In this document: positions 1 to 11,172 of the stretch, in pieces
How positions within the stretch are numbered: the first letter of the stretch is position 1
How the letters are laid out: every line of letters begins with the position of its first letter
Origin: Nitrospirota bacterium
GTDB lineage: Bacteria > Nitrospirota > UBA9217
Assembly: GCA_963737155.1 (NCBI GenBank)
Contig: CAVTRN010000002.1
Location: 2,400,001-2,464,000, forward strand
Direction: 5' to 3'
DNA length: 64,000 bases
The notes under the pieces: generated by a model
Database searches by the model: none
Seen by the model: the letters and a program-made list of their open reading frames with translations, nothing else
Told to the model about the DNA's origin: nothing
Program-made: the position numbers and the translations under genes

Positions 1-40
1 CTATTCAGAGAATTGCCGATATACGTTTTGTCGTGTCTCC

Positions 41-289
41 TTAAGTGAGTCTCACACTCTCCGCATCGACGAGCTGATTGACAATATCAATAAAGGGAAT
101 AGGAAACTGCCGGCGGAGAAAGATCGCGATGGTATACCCGCTGATGAATCTGAGATGGCCAAGAATTTCTCCTGCCTTGGCACCTCCCTTTTTTCTCGTC
201 AAGGACGCGTTTGAGTTGGCTCTCCTTGATCATACTGCCGGCAACGAGCATTTCTCCGACCATCTTTCTCTTTCATAAGGAACAATCAT
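41..289 (-). pseudogene. Frameshifted MshEN-like (PilB/GspE N-terminal) domain remnant
   Basis: Manual translation across a frameshift near 188: RKMVGEMLVAGSMIKESQLKRVLDEKK/GGAKAGEILGHLRFISGYTIAIFLRRQFPIPFIDIVNQLVDAESVRLT*, matching the tandem RLGxxLxxxGxIxxxQL...LGxxL...Q.GIPFIDL pattern; SD-like GAGG before ATG 289. Confidence 0.6.
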
Positions 290-613
290 AGTCCTCTTCC
301 CGTAATGCCCCCATCCCCTTGAATATTAAGCAGATGGCGGTTGTATCAGATTGTATGATAATACTGAAATTGAGTCACGAAAATAGTGTCGATGCATTTT
401 CATATTAATAGAGAAAAGTATGCTTTTTTTACTCAGGAAATTAAAGATAATTCGTTGCCATCCCGATAAGATAAATGCTTCGCGTCCATAGGCAAGCTTG
501 AACAGCGGCCTTGTGTAGGATTCATCTTTTACTTTTACTTTTAATCTCAATAGGTTATATTGTGCCAAGTCGATATAATTCACGCAAACCCTGACAAAAT
601 AGCGCAAAAATTT

Positions 614-2137
614 ATGAACTTAGATCATTTGACAAGTGAGCATTGGCTGCGGGCTATCATTGGAACGGCTCCGGAATGCCTTATGATCCTTGCCGCCAAC
701 GGATCAATTCAGGAAATGAATCCAGCCGGTCTCGCGTTGCTGGGAGCAAATTCCCCCGGCCAGGCCGTTGGTATTTCACTGTACGACTTCGTTGCTCCGG
801 ATTATCATGCGGCCGTTCATTTGCATCTGGATGAAATTCTTGGAGGCTGTACCGATATTCTCGAATACGAACTTATCGGCTTCAAGAAAAATCGCCTGTG
901 GGTTGAAATGCATTCCGCGCTGCTTAAAGAAGGGCGCACTGCGCATCCAGCAATCCTGAGCATCTGCCGTAACATAACAAAGCACAAAAAAATGGAGGCG
1001 CAACTCCGTCATGCCCAGAAGATGGAGGCCATCGGTACGCTGTCAGGCGGTATCGCCCACGATTTCAACAATATTCTCACGGCGATCATCGGATACAGCA
1101 ATATCCTCAAGCTGAAACTCAAGCCGGATGACCCGGTACGAAGTTTTGTCGATCAAATCCTGGCCTCATCGGAGCGGGCTACGGGGCTCACGCAGAGCCT
1201 CCTAACCTTTAGCCGGAAAACGGCCACATCGATGCGATCTACGATGTTAAATGAGACGGTAGCGAGAGCTGAAAAGCTCATCCGCCAGTTCATAGGAGAT
1301 ATCATAGAGTTGAAGATTGAACTGGTCAAGGCCGATACGACGGTGGTAGCGGACTCGGGCCAGATCGGTCAACTTCTGGCAAATCTGGCGACGAACGCGC
1401 GGGATGCCATGCCGAACGGCGGGTTGTTCTCGCTTTCTACGGAAATCAAAGAGATAAATAATGAATTCATTCGCAATTACGGATATGGGAAGCTGGGATT
1501 CTATGTGGTCATGAATGTCACCGATACGGGAACGGGCATGGACGAGAAAACACGGGATAGGATTTTTGAACCGTTCTTCACGACAAAAGAAATCGGGAAA
1601 GGAACAGGGCTGGGCTGTTCAATCGTTTACGGAATAGTCAAACAACACCATGGGTTCATCAGCTGCAGCAGTGAACCAGGTCAGGGAACGGCATTCAGCA
1701 TCTACCTTCCGCTCGTGAATCCCTCAGCCCTCGAACCGGAATCGAAAACCTCAGTTATTCCCCGGGGCGGCACGGAAACAATTCTGATTGCCGAGGACGA
1801 TCAAGAAGTCAGAAAACTCGCCGTAACATTTTTGCATGATTTTGGGTATACCATAGTCGAGTCTGAAAACGGAGAAGAAGCCGTCCAGCAGTTTCTGCAA
1901 TATAAGAATAAGATCTGTTTGCTCTTATTCGATGTCGTCATGCCGAAAATAAATGGGAAAGAAGCCTATGAAGAAATCAGGCGCCTGTCACCGGGGATTA
2001 AAATCCTTTTCATGAGCGGGTACAGCACCAGTACAATGATCAATAAAAGCATCATAGGAGAAGGGCTTGATTTTGTTTTAAAACCCACATCACCCGAAAC
2101 TCTCCTGAAAAAAGTTAGGGAGGTCCTTGATAAATGA
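614..2137 (+). CDS. PAS-domain hybrid sensor histidine kinase (PAS-HisKA-HATPase-REC)
   Basis: H-box [12 protein letters not shown]-box [11 protein letters not shown]-boxes [21 protein letters not shown]-terminal receiver (AEDD...FDVVMP); ATG 614 preferred over TTG 560. Confidence 0.93.
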   Translation: MNLDHLTSEHWLRAIIGTAPECLMILAANGSIQEMNPAGLALLGANSPGQAVGISLYDFVAPDYHAAVHLHLDEILGGCTDILEYELIGFKKNRLWVEMHSALLKEGRTAHPAILSICRNITKHKKMEAQLRHAQKMEAIGTLSGGIAHDFNNILTAIIGYSNILKLKLKPDDPVRSFVDQILASSERATGLTQSLLTFSRKTATSMRSTMLNETVARAEKLIRQFIGDIIELKIELVKADTTVVADSGQIGQLLANLATNARDAMPNGGLFSLSTEIKEINNEFIRNYGYGKLGFYVVMNVTDTGTGMDEKTRDRIFEPFFTTKEIGKGTGLGCSIVYGIVKQHHGFISCSSEPGQGTAFSIYLPLVNPSALEPESKTSVIPRGGTETILIAEDDQEVRKLAVTFLHDFGYTIVESENGEEAVQQFLQYKNKICLLLFDVVMPKINGKEAYEEIRRLSPGIKILFMSGYSTSTMINKSIIGEGLDFVLKPTSPETLLKKVREVLDK

Positions 2138-3207
2138 TTAATAAGGATAAAAGTACCCTCCTGATCGTTGATGACGATCCCTACGTTCTTGAATCCATTT
2201 CGACATTACTGAGAGAATATGGGTATAACGTCTTCGCCTGCCAGAACGCAAACGACGCATTCAGAATGGTAGAAAAAGTTCATTTTGACGTCGTCCTCAC
2301 CGACATCAAAATGCCTCAGGTGACGGGAATCGAACTCCTTCAAAACATCCACTCTTACAACCAGCAGATCCCCGTTATTTTGATGACTGCTTTCGCCGAG
2401 TTGGATGTAGCCGTTGATGCCATCAAACGCGGAGCATTTGATTTTATCACGAAACCCTACAACCCCGACTACCTAATGCACTCCGTGGAAAAAGCCGTTA
2501 AATATACACGTTTCGTCCAGATGGAAAAAAACTACAAATCCATGCTCGAAGACACGGTTAGGCTCAGGACACAGGAACTGGCCGATGCACTCATGATGGT
2601 CAAGAACATGAGCGCTGAAATCATTCAACGGCTGACGGCCGTTGCGGAATACCGCGATACGGACACCGGTGCTCACATTGCTAGGATCGGCCTCTATTCA
2701 GGCAGGATCGCAGAAAGTATGGGCATGCCCATTGATTTTATTGAGATGCTTATCTTTGCGAGTCCCATGCATGACCTTGGCAAAATCGGCATCCCCGACA
2801 GCATCCTGCTCAAACCGGGGGCTCTCAGCAGAGAGGAGTTTGAAGTCATGAAAACCCATACAACGATCGGTGAGAAAATGCTCACGGGCTCTTCCTACCC
2901 AGGCATTAAAGTGGCGGCGGCGGTTGCGTTAAGCCACCATGAACGATGGGACGGCAATGGATATCCGCGCGGGCTAAAAGGTGAAGAGATCCCCATTGAA
3001 GGCAGGATCGTCATGATTGTGGACCAGTACGACGCGTTGAGGAGCACGAGACCGTACAAGCCCGCATTTGACCACGACAAAACAGTGAAAATTATCACTG
3101 AAGGTGACGGGCGCACGATGCCTGAGCATTTCGATCCCACCGTTTTAAAGGCTTTCAAAGAAATAGCTCCTCTTTTTGACGAGATTTACGAGTCTCATCA
3201 AGATTAG
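2134..3207 (+). CDS. Response regulator with HD-GYP c-di-GMP phosphodiesterase domain (RpfG-like)
   Basis: REC (VDDD, TDIKMP, TKP), then [30 protein letters not shown]; ATGA overlap with the kinase. Confidence 0.93.
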   Translation: MINKDKSTLLIVDDDPYVLESISTLLREYGYNVFACQNANDAFRMVEKVHFDVVLTDIKMPQVTGIELLQNIHSYNQQIPVILMTAFAELDVAVDAIKRGAFDFITKPYNPDYLMHSVEKAVKYTRFVQMEKNYKSMLEDTVRLRTQELADALMMVKNMSAEIIQRLTAVAEYRDTDTGAHIARIGLYSGRIAESMGMPIDFIEMLIFASPMHDLGKIGIPDSILLKPGALSREEFEVMKTHTTIGEKMLTGSSYPGIKVAAAVALSHHERWDGNGYPRGLKGEEIPIEGRIVMIVDQYDALRSTRPYKPAFDHDKTVKIITEGDGRTMPEHFDPTVLKAFKEIAPLFDEIYESHQD

Positions 3208-3444
3208 AAAAGATACAGGCCCGTATGGAACTTTTCTTTACTCGTAGGTCTAAGCCAAGTGCCTGCCGCGTCCTTCCTGAAAAAGCATTTAACCAGGGAT
3301 GAACGGAGCGCGACTTGATATCCGAATCATGAATCGTCGGCCGGGCAAAGTACGATCATGGTGCAGTCTCTCGCGCTGTCGTTTTTACGCCGTTTTTGTT
3401 AGTGGTCCCATAAGTTGTTTTCTGTTTCAACGATTCATCTTGAC

Positions 3445-3473
3445 TTGATTTCCCGAGCTATTTGCATTATAGT
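3445..3473 (+). promoter_or_regulatory. Sigma70-type promoter, probably leaderless rfaE2 mRNA
   Basis: TTGATT-17 nt-TATAGT ending 5 nt before ATG 3479; no SD. Confidence 0.5.
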
Positions 3474-3478
3474 TCCAT

Positions 3479-3958
3479 ATGCAGAACAAAATAAAAACTC
3501 CGGAAGAGCTCCGTCCTCTCCTCGCTGTCTTACATGCCATCGGGAAAAAGATCGTTTTCACGAACGGTTGTTTCGACATCCTCCATACGGGCCACACACG
3601 CTATCTCATGAAAGCCAAGTCGCTCGGCCAAGTGCTGGTCGTTGCTGTCAATAGTGATTCCTCGGTGCGTATGATCAAAGGGGAGAAGAGACCAATCAAT
3701 TCAGAAACGGAACGAATGGAAACCCTTGCCGCCCTGGAATCGGTTGATTTCGTTACCCTTTTTGACGAGCCCGATCCCTACAATATCATATCGATTCTCA
3801 ATCCCGATGTCCTGGCCAAGGGGGGAGATTGGCCTGTGGAAAAAATTATCGGCGGCGACTTTGTTACGTCGCATGGGGGGCAAGTCATGAATGTGCCCTA
3901 CCTCGAAGGAGCTTCCACGACGGGGATTATTGAAAAAATATTGAAAAAATACAAATAA
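3479..3958 (+). CDS. rfaE2: D-glycero-beta-D-manno-heptose 1-phosphate adenylyltransferase
   Basis: FTNGCFDILHTGH, NSDSSVRMIKG.RP, KGGDW, STTGII. Confidence 0.92.
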   Translation: MQNKIKTPEELRPLLAVLHAIGKKIVFTNGCFDILHTGHTRYLMKAKSLGQVLVVAVNSDSSVRMIKGEKRPINSETERMETLAALESVDFVTLFDEPDPYNIISILNPDVLAKGGDWPVEKIIGGDFVTSHGGQVMNVPYLEGASTTGIIEKILKKYK

Positions 3959-3984
3959 GGGACCTTCTCATTTGCCTCCTGTCC

Positions 3985-4389
3985 TCATTCCTCCTTTCGT
4001 TCTTTTTTCCCTTCCTTCTTGCTCTTCTCCCTCTCAATTGAATACAAGGTTGCATCATCAAACCCGAAATAATGTCCAATTTCATGAATCACCGTATCCA
4101 TGATCAGCCTTTCAATATTCCCGGACGCTTCGGCAGCACTTTCGATGGGATGCTGGTAAATGACGATCCGGTCAGGGAGTACATTCCCGTAATTCCACCC
4201 TCGTGATGTCAACGGTACACCTTGGTAGAGGCCGAAAAGCGTGCCTGACTTTATACCCAGATTATTAAGGATTTCCTGAGAAGGACGGTCATCAACCTCA
4301 ATAATGATATTGCGTAGTTTGCTTTTAAATTTTTTAGGAAGTTTTTCGAGTGATTTTTCAACAAGGAGTTCAAAGGCTAGGCGGTCCAT
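3985..4389 (-). CDS. Minimal zincin-like metallopeptidase (Zincin_1 family)
   Basis: LFGLYQGVPL, PDRIVIYQHPI, HEIGHYFG. Confidence 0.88.
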   Translation of the reverse strand: MDRLAFELLVEKSLEKLPKKFKSKLRNIIIEVDDRPSQEILNNLGIKSGTLFGLYQGVPLTSRGWNYGNVLPDRIVIYQHPIESAAEASGNIERLIMDTVIHEIGHYFGFDDATLYSIEREKSKKEGKKERKEE

Positions 4390-4476
4390 GGCATAAAGCA
4401 GATTACAGTCAATCAGAGTACAGACTTAACCTCGCTCATGTCTGTCTTCTGTCAGCTGTCAACTGTCCTCTATCAT

Positions 4477-5802
<1,326 letters not shown>

Positions 5803-5855
5803 TTAGAGCTGACAAGATCATGAAAATGTGCGCTACGCATGTATGACTCCCCTTT

Positions 5856-7286
5856 TTATACGCCCAGGATGAACCGTTTGCCGGCGTCTATAAGATTTTT
5901 CATTTTCTCCTCGGAGGAGGACTCCGCGTACACCCTCACCACCGGCTCCGTACCGGAGGCGCGCATCAGGACCCAGCTGTCGTCTTCGAGCATGTATTTC
6001 GTGCCATCGGCCGTGGTTTTTTTCCCTTTTACCCGCAGCCCTCCGAGTTCGTTCAGGGGCTGGCTGAGGCGATCGCCGACCGTTTTTCTGTTCTGCTCAG
6101 TCAAATGAATGTCGATTCGTTCGTTGAGGATGGTTCCTGTCTCCTTGTACAGCCGCTTAAGCAGTTCCTTGATTGTTTTCTTTTCCAGCGCGATGATTTC
6201 TGTTACCAGCAGGCAGGCAAGAATCCCGTCCTTCTCGGGGACATGATCCTTGATCGTCATGCCCGCGCTCTCTTCCCCGCCGAAGATAATCTTGCCCTGG
6301 ACCAGAAGATCTCCGATGAACTTGAATCCCACACCGGTCTCATATACGTCAATGCCATGTTTCTTCGCAACTGCATCGATCAAATGTGACGTTGCAATGG
6401 AACGAGCAGCACCGCCCTTCCAGCCGCGAGTGCGACAGAGAAAGTCTAGAACGAGTGCAAGCACCTGATTGGGGTTGATATACGTCCCATCCACATCCAA
6501 TATTCCGAAGCGGTCGGCGTCGCCGTCTACTGACAGACCGATATCGAACTTCCCTTTCTTCATCATTGCCGAAAGCTCGGCAAGATTTCCTTCCGACGGT
6601 TCGGGAGAATGACCGCCGAACATTGTGTCGCGATTACCGTGAATGGCCGTGACCGTACACCCCGCATCCCGGAGCGCTGTATCGAGATAATCACGGCCTG
6701 TACCATATAGGAGATCTACGGCAACTTTCAGTTTCGCTTTCCTGATCGATTCAACATCGATTTTTTTCCTGAGGTCGTCCAGATAGTTCTTGCGAAGATC
6801 CACTTCCTCCGCCAACCCTTTATTCAATGCTTCCGGAAGAGACAAAGGTGTTATACAGTTCTTTTCCAGAAGCGCATTAGCTCTTAGTTCAATGTCTTTT
6901 GTCGTTTCGGGAAGAGCAGGTCCTCCCCAGGCTGGAGAAAATTTCAGGCCGTTGTACTGAGGGGGGTTGTGGCTTGCCGTAAAGTTGATACCTCCGGCAG
7001 CCTTTCTACGGATTATCTCGAAGGAAATTGCCGGGGTGGGCGCATCGCGATTCGAAAGATAGGCGTGGATGCCATTTGCACAGACCACCTTGACGGCTTC
7101 TTCCGCAAAGTGCTCGGACATAAAGCGTGTATCATATCCGACAATAACGCCTCTTTCCTTCAGCCCCTGGGAAATAATATGGTCGGCGATGGATTGCGTG
7201 ACGATACGGACCCTTGCGACCGTAAAATCATCGGCAATGACACCGCGCCATCCCGATGTTCCGAATTTTATTTTATCGATAACCAT
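5856..7286 (-). CDS. Phosphoglucomutase/phosphomannomutase family protein
   Basis: IKFGTSGWRG, TASHNP, DGDADR, GEESAG, RASGTEP; start ATG 7286. Confidence 0.93.
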   Translation of the reverse strand: MVIDKIKFGTSGWRGVIADDFTVARVRIVTQSIADHIISQGLKERGVIVGYDTRFMSEHFAEEAVKVVCANGIHAYLSNRDAPTPAISFEIIRRKAAGGINFTASHNPPQYNGLKFSPAWGGPALPETTKDIELRANALLEKNCITPLSLPEALNKGLAEEVDLRKNYLDDLRKKIDVESIRKAKLKVAVDLLYGTGRDYLDTALRDAGCTVTAIHGNRDTMFGGHSPEPSEGNLAELSAMMKKGKFDIGLSVDGDADRFGILDVDGTYINPNQVLALVLDFLCRTRGWKGGAARSIATSHLIDAVAKKHGIDVYETGVGFKFIGDLLVQGKIIFGGEESAGMTIKDHVPEKDGILACLLVTEIIALEKKTIKELLKRLYKETGTILNERIDIHLTEQNRKTVGDRLSQPLNELGGLRVKGKKTTADGTKYMLEDDSWVLMRASGTEPVVRVYAESSSEEKMKNLIDAGKRFILGV

Positions 7287-7388
7287 GCTAATTAAAAATT
7301 TATCATAAACAGGAAACCTTTGCAACTTAAAACCAGGAAGCGATTCGCTGACGCTTGGTGATGAAACAATCAACGAGAATGGCGAAGC

Positions 7389-7878
7389 CTAAACAACTTC
7401 TATCCTGATGATTTCTGCCTTGAGCCCTTCTCCTACTTCAAGGAGAGCTACCGAATTATACGGCGCATAACGCTTATCCGTGGGGCTTCCCGGATTCAGA
7501 TAGTAGACGCCGTTTACTTTGCCCCAGAACGGCGTATGAGAATGCCCGTACACGATCAGAATCCACGTCTCCGAACTCTTTCCTGATCATCTCTTGCTGC
7601 ACATCGATTTTAAATTTCCCATGAATGATGCCGGCTTTATACCTCCCGAGGGTGATGACTTTTTTATAGGGGAGCTTTCCTTGGGCTTCCGAGTCATCCA
7701 TATTTCCGGCAACTGCCTCCACTGGCGCGATTGCGCCCAGTTCTTCGAGGACAGACATCTCCACAATATCGCCCGCATGAAGAATAAGATCTACATCCCT
7801 AAAAATATCGAAGATAATGGGGGGGAGGGCCTTCATGATGGTCGGCACATGGGTATCGGAGAGAACTCCTACTTTCAT
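7389..7878 (-). pseudogene. YfcE-like metallophosphoesterase with a one-base insertion near 7560 (true pseudogene or sequencing error)
   Basis: SDTH, HAGD, AGNMD, IHG in frame 1; frame 2 continues LIVYGHSHTPFWGKVNGVYYLNPGSPTDKR to TAG at 7389. Confidence 0.85.
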
Positions 7879-7972
7879 GATGACTCCGGTAGAAAAAGAT
7901 TGGGACAGCATCCTTCCGGGATAAGGAACCGCATCATACCGCGGCCCCTTTCGTTCCTCTGAACAGGATTTA

Positions 7973-9226
7973 TCAGATTCCTTTAAATTTTGATTTTAAT
8001 TCTTCAACAACATTGGACAGGGAAACAGAGATCTGCTCTTTGGTCTGCATATTACGGAGAACAGCATGCTGCGACTGTATTTCCTGAGCGCCGACGATCA
8101 GAGTATGGAGTGCCCCGATTTTATCCGCTTTTTTCATCTGGCTTTTAAGACTGCCCCCGGCATAATCAGTGTCAACGCGGATACCTGAGGATTTAAGGGC
8201 ATGCAAGAGCGGAAGCGTGAATGCCACAGCATCGGGACCCAGCGCAGCAATGAACAGTGCCGGCCGCGTGGTCTGAAAGTTGCTGCTGTCCATGAGCGAC
8301 ACGGCCCGCTCGACACCGAGCGCAAAACCGATGCCTGGTGTTGCCGGCCCACCGATTTCCTGGACAAGTCCGTCGTACCTGCCGCCCGCGGCCACGGTGT
8401 TCTGAGCGCCGAGATGCCCCATCACAAGCTCAAAGGTGGTCCGGGTATAGTAATCGAGGCCCCTGACCAGTCGAGGATTTACCTCGAAGGGGATTTCGAG
8501 TCTCTTCAAGCCTCCTTCGACCGTCTCGAAATGTGTTTTACAGGGACCGCAAAGATAATCGAGCATGGCCGGCGAATCGCCAAACTTGTCCGCATCCACC
8601 TTGCAGTCCAGCACACGCAGTGGATTTGTCTCATAGCGTCTCTGGCAATCGCTACACAACGTCGGCAGCTTGGCTTCGAGATACTTTTTGAGTTTTTCAC
8701 GGTAGACACTCCGGCATGCGTTGTCGCCCAGAGAGTTGATCTGCAGAGTGAGGCCGGTGATGCCGAGCTGTGAAAACAATGCATGGAGCATCGCCAGCAT
8801 CTCTATATCGACATGCGGATGGTCGATTCCCAATGCTTCTGCACCAATCTGGTAAAACTGCCGATACCTTCCTTTCTGCGGACGCTCGTGTCTGAACATG
8901 GGCCCCTGGTAATACAGCTTAACGAGTTGACTGTCTGCATAGAGCTTATGCTCGACGAATGCCCGAACTACCCCGGCGGTGCCCTCTGGCCGAAGCGTAA
9001 TTTTTTTGCCGTCCCGGTCCTCGAAGGTATACATCTCTTTCTCGACAATGTCCGTGGACGCCCCAATGCTCCGGGCAAACAGCTCGGTATATTCGAATAT
9101 AGGGACGCGGATTTCAGAAAAACCAAAATCCTCGAACACTCCTCGCGCTGTTTTTTCGAGGAATTGCCAGGATGGGATGTCGACCGGCAATATATCTTTA
9201 ACACCCTTGATTGCCTGAATTGCCAT
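7973..9226 (-). CDS. hisS: Histidine--tRNA ligase
   Basis: LRPEGTA, FRHERPQKGRYRQFYQ, RGLDYY, GGRYDGL. Confidence 0.98.
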   Translation of the reverse strand: MAIQAIKGVKDILPVDIPSWQFLEKTARGVFEDFGFSEIRVPIFEYTELFARSIGASTDIVEKEMYTFEDRDGKKITLRPEGTAGVVRAFVEHKLYADSQLVKLYYQGPMFRHERPQKGRYRQFYQIGAEALGIDHPHVDIEMLAMLHALFSQLGITGLTLQINSLGDNACRSVYREKLKKYLEAKLPTLCSDCQRRYETNPLRVLDCKVDADKFGDSPAMLDYLCGPCKTHFETVEGGLKRLEIPFEVNPRLVRGLDYYTRTTFELVMGHLGAQNTVAAGGRYDGLVQEIGGPATPGIGFALGVERAVSLMDSSNFQTTRPALFIAALGPDAVAFTLPLLHALKSSGIRVDTDYAGGSLKSQMKKADKIGALHTLIVGAQEIQSQHAVLRNMQTKEQISVSLSNVVEELKSKFKGI

Positions 9227-9538
9227 TCAAGCTCCTTTATCCCTGCGGCCAATGATTTCAGCCGCAAAGCATTATGTTTTTTCGAGCCATTTCCATAGAT
9301 GGCTCTTGACATCATCCGTTGATTCTTGCAAATTCTGGGTCGTTTGTTTAAATATTATCGAGGGTTTCGTCGATTTTCTTTTTTATTATCGCGACTAGAA
9401 GCTAAAAATATCACATTAAGATGATAATGGTCAATCACAAAGTGATAATACAGAAGACACATTACAGAGTAAACAGTATACTGAGTATTGGAAACATGCT
9501 GTATGGCATTTTTTCTTGCTTCTTCCATTGGCCGTCTA

Positions 9539-10777
9539 CTATTTGCCGTCTGCTATCCTTAATCGTCTGATTCTCTCTGGAACAGGAGGGTGCGAGTAGT
9601 AGAATTTTGCATAGAATGGATGAGGGTGGAGATTGGAAAGGTTCTCGCTCGAAAGTTTAATCAACGCGGACGCCAAGGCTTCGGGTTGGCCGGTCAAATC
9701 GGACGCGAACCTGTCTGCCTCGTTTTCATTCCTGCGTGATATGAAACTGAACAGTGGCGTAAGCGGAAACATAACCAGGGAACCGATAAAACCGGTAACA
9801 ACAACCCGCGCATAGAATGATGCTGCGGATAAATGAACCAGTTGCGGCAACCCATTCCAGGAAACGAGATGAAAGCCCAGAAAGAGACCGCAAAATGCCA
9901 GGGCTTCAGTCAAGACGATGCTCTTCAGCACATGTCTTTTTTTCCAGTGACCAACCTCATGAGCGAGTACCGCAAGGATTTCGTCTTGCGACATCTGTTC
10001 AATAAGCGTATCAAAAAGGACGATGCGTTTTACTTTACCGATGCCGGTAAAGTAAGCATTTGAATGACGGCTCCTGCGTGAGGCATCAACCTGAAAAACG
10101 CTACTGACCTTGAGACCTGCCCGTTCCATGAGCTTGCGAACTTTTTCCTCCAGACCTTCGGCTTTAACCGGCCCAAATTTGAAAAAAAGCGGCTCGATCA
10201 CATAAGGAGCGAGGTACATAATGAAAATACCGAAGACAAGGAAAAATGCCCAGACCCAGAGCCACCACCAATGAGGGCTGGCACTCACGATTGCCAATGC
10301 GACACCGACAACAATGCATCCTAAAACCGAGGAAAGCAGAATCGTTTTAATGAAATCGGTGAGCCACAAACGGAAGGTCATGGTATTGAAACCGTATTTG
10401 TTTTCAATTTTGAAGTTTTTGTAGAGGCTGAAGGGTATATCTAGAAACGTCTCAGCATAGAGCAAGAATAAAAAGAAAAAAAGACCTTCTATGATCAAAG
10501 AACCAGAAAGGGATGATATCCAGCGGTCATAAATTCCGAGGAAACCCCCAAAAAGAAAAAAGAACATTATGACGTTCCCGAATAGAGACTCTACAATACC
10601 TGCCCTGCTGTTTTCCACAGTATAAGTCGTTATTTTCCGCAAGCGCTCGGGGTCAATAACGTCCGAAAATTCGGGCGGTATGGACTGACCATGTGCTTTC
10701 AGATAGGCAAGATTTAATGAAAGAAGCCAGTAGCGAAATGCGAGAATGACGACATAAAAAATAATAAGGGCAAGCAT
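9539..10777 (-). CDS. M48 family (Ste24-like) membrane zinc peptidase
   Basis: Multiple TM helices, NAYFTGIG, HEVGH, ENEAD, SHPP. Confidence 0.93.
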   Translation of the reverse strand: MLALIIFYVVILAFRYWLLSLNLAYLKAHGQSIPPEFSDVIDPERLRKITTYTVENSRAGIVESLFGNVIMFFFLFGGFLGIYDRWISSLSGSLIIEGLFFFLFLLYAETFLDIPFSLYKNFKIENKYGFNTMTFRLWLTDFIKTILLSSVLGCIVVGVALAIVSASPHWWWLWVWAFFLVFGIFIMYLAPYVIEPLFFKFGPVKAEGLEEKVRKLMERAGLKVSSVFQVDASRRSRHSNAYFTGIGKVKRIVLFDTLIEQMSQDEILAVLAHEVGHWKKRHVLKSIVLTEALAFCGLFLGFHLVSWNGLPQLVHLSAASFYARVVVTGFIGSLVMFPLTPLFSFISRRNENEADRFASDLTGQPEALASALIKLSSENLSNLHPHPFYAKFYYSHPPVPERIRRLRIADGK

Positions 10778-10783
10778 GGGCTC

Positions 10784-10812
10784 ATCATACCGGTAAACGA
10801 TTACGGGGTCAA
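10784..10812 (-). promoter_or_regulatory. Sigma70 promoter, leaderless M48 mRNA
   Basis: TTGACC-17 nt-TATGAT, 6 nt upstream of ATG 10777. Confidence 0.55.
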
Positions 10813-10866
10813 GAAGTACTGTGTTTATTTCGGATGGTGAACGGTGAGCTTATAAAAGGGGTAATA

Positions 10867-10930
10867 GTGAAAAAGGCGTCTCGAATATCGTGGACAAATT
10901 TTTGTCTCGTAGCTGTATCGAGACGCCTTT
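10867..10930 (-). terminator. Intrinsic terminator
   Basis: 13-bp stem AAAGGCGTCTCGA/TCGAGACGCCTTT plus inner GACAAA/TTTGTC stem, ending in a T-run on the minus strand. Confidence 0.65.
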
Positions 10931-11103
10931 ATGACTGTACTGTCAGTTCTTTGGTGTTTATCCTGATGTTCGTACGAACGCCAACCATCGATTATCTCGT
11001 GCTGTTGATCTGTGACTGCGGCTAAATCAACGCTGGGGGGGAAGAAGTTGCCGCAGCAGTCTTGTTCCTGAATTCGATGGTATGTAACCAACAGTACAGT
11101 CTT
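10867..11103 (-). ncRNA. Candidate stand-alone structured sRNA (rod-like, 6S-like architecture)
   Basis: Upstream promoter; nested complementary arms GACTGTACTGT/ACAGTACAGTC, ACCATCGA/TCGATGGT, GACTGC..GGC/GCCGCAGTC; downstream terminator; no convincing ORF. Confidence 0.55.
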
Positions 11104-11108
11104 ATTTA

Positions 11109-11136
11109 AGCTTAGCAGTTAATAGCAACCCGTCAA
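11109..11136 (-). promoter_or_regulatory. Sigma70 promoter for the candidate sRNA
   Basis: TTGACG-16 nt-(TG.)TAAGCT; predicted +1 near 11103 coincides with the 5' arm of the rod. Confidence 0.55.
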
Positions 11137-11172
11137 TACGACAAAAGTTGCATTTTATGGAGTCGCATACGC

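Noticed and set aside
4425-4476. CTGTC-rich short repeats after eno
   Set aside because: Low-complexity spacer; not a CRISPR array or iteron set
9503-9520. Sigma54-like TGGCA...TTGCT
   Set aside because: GG-GC spacing is 11 rather than 10, and it points antisense into the M48 gene
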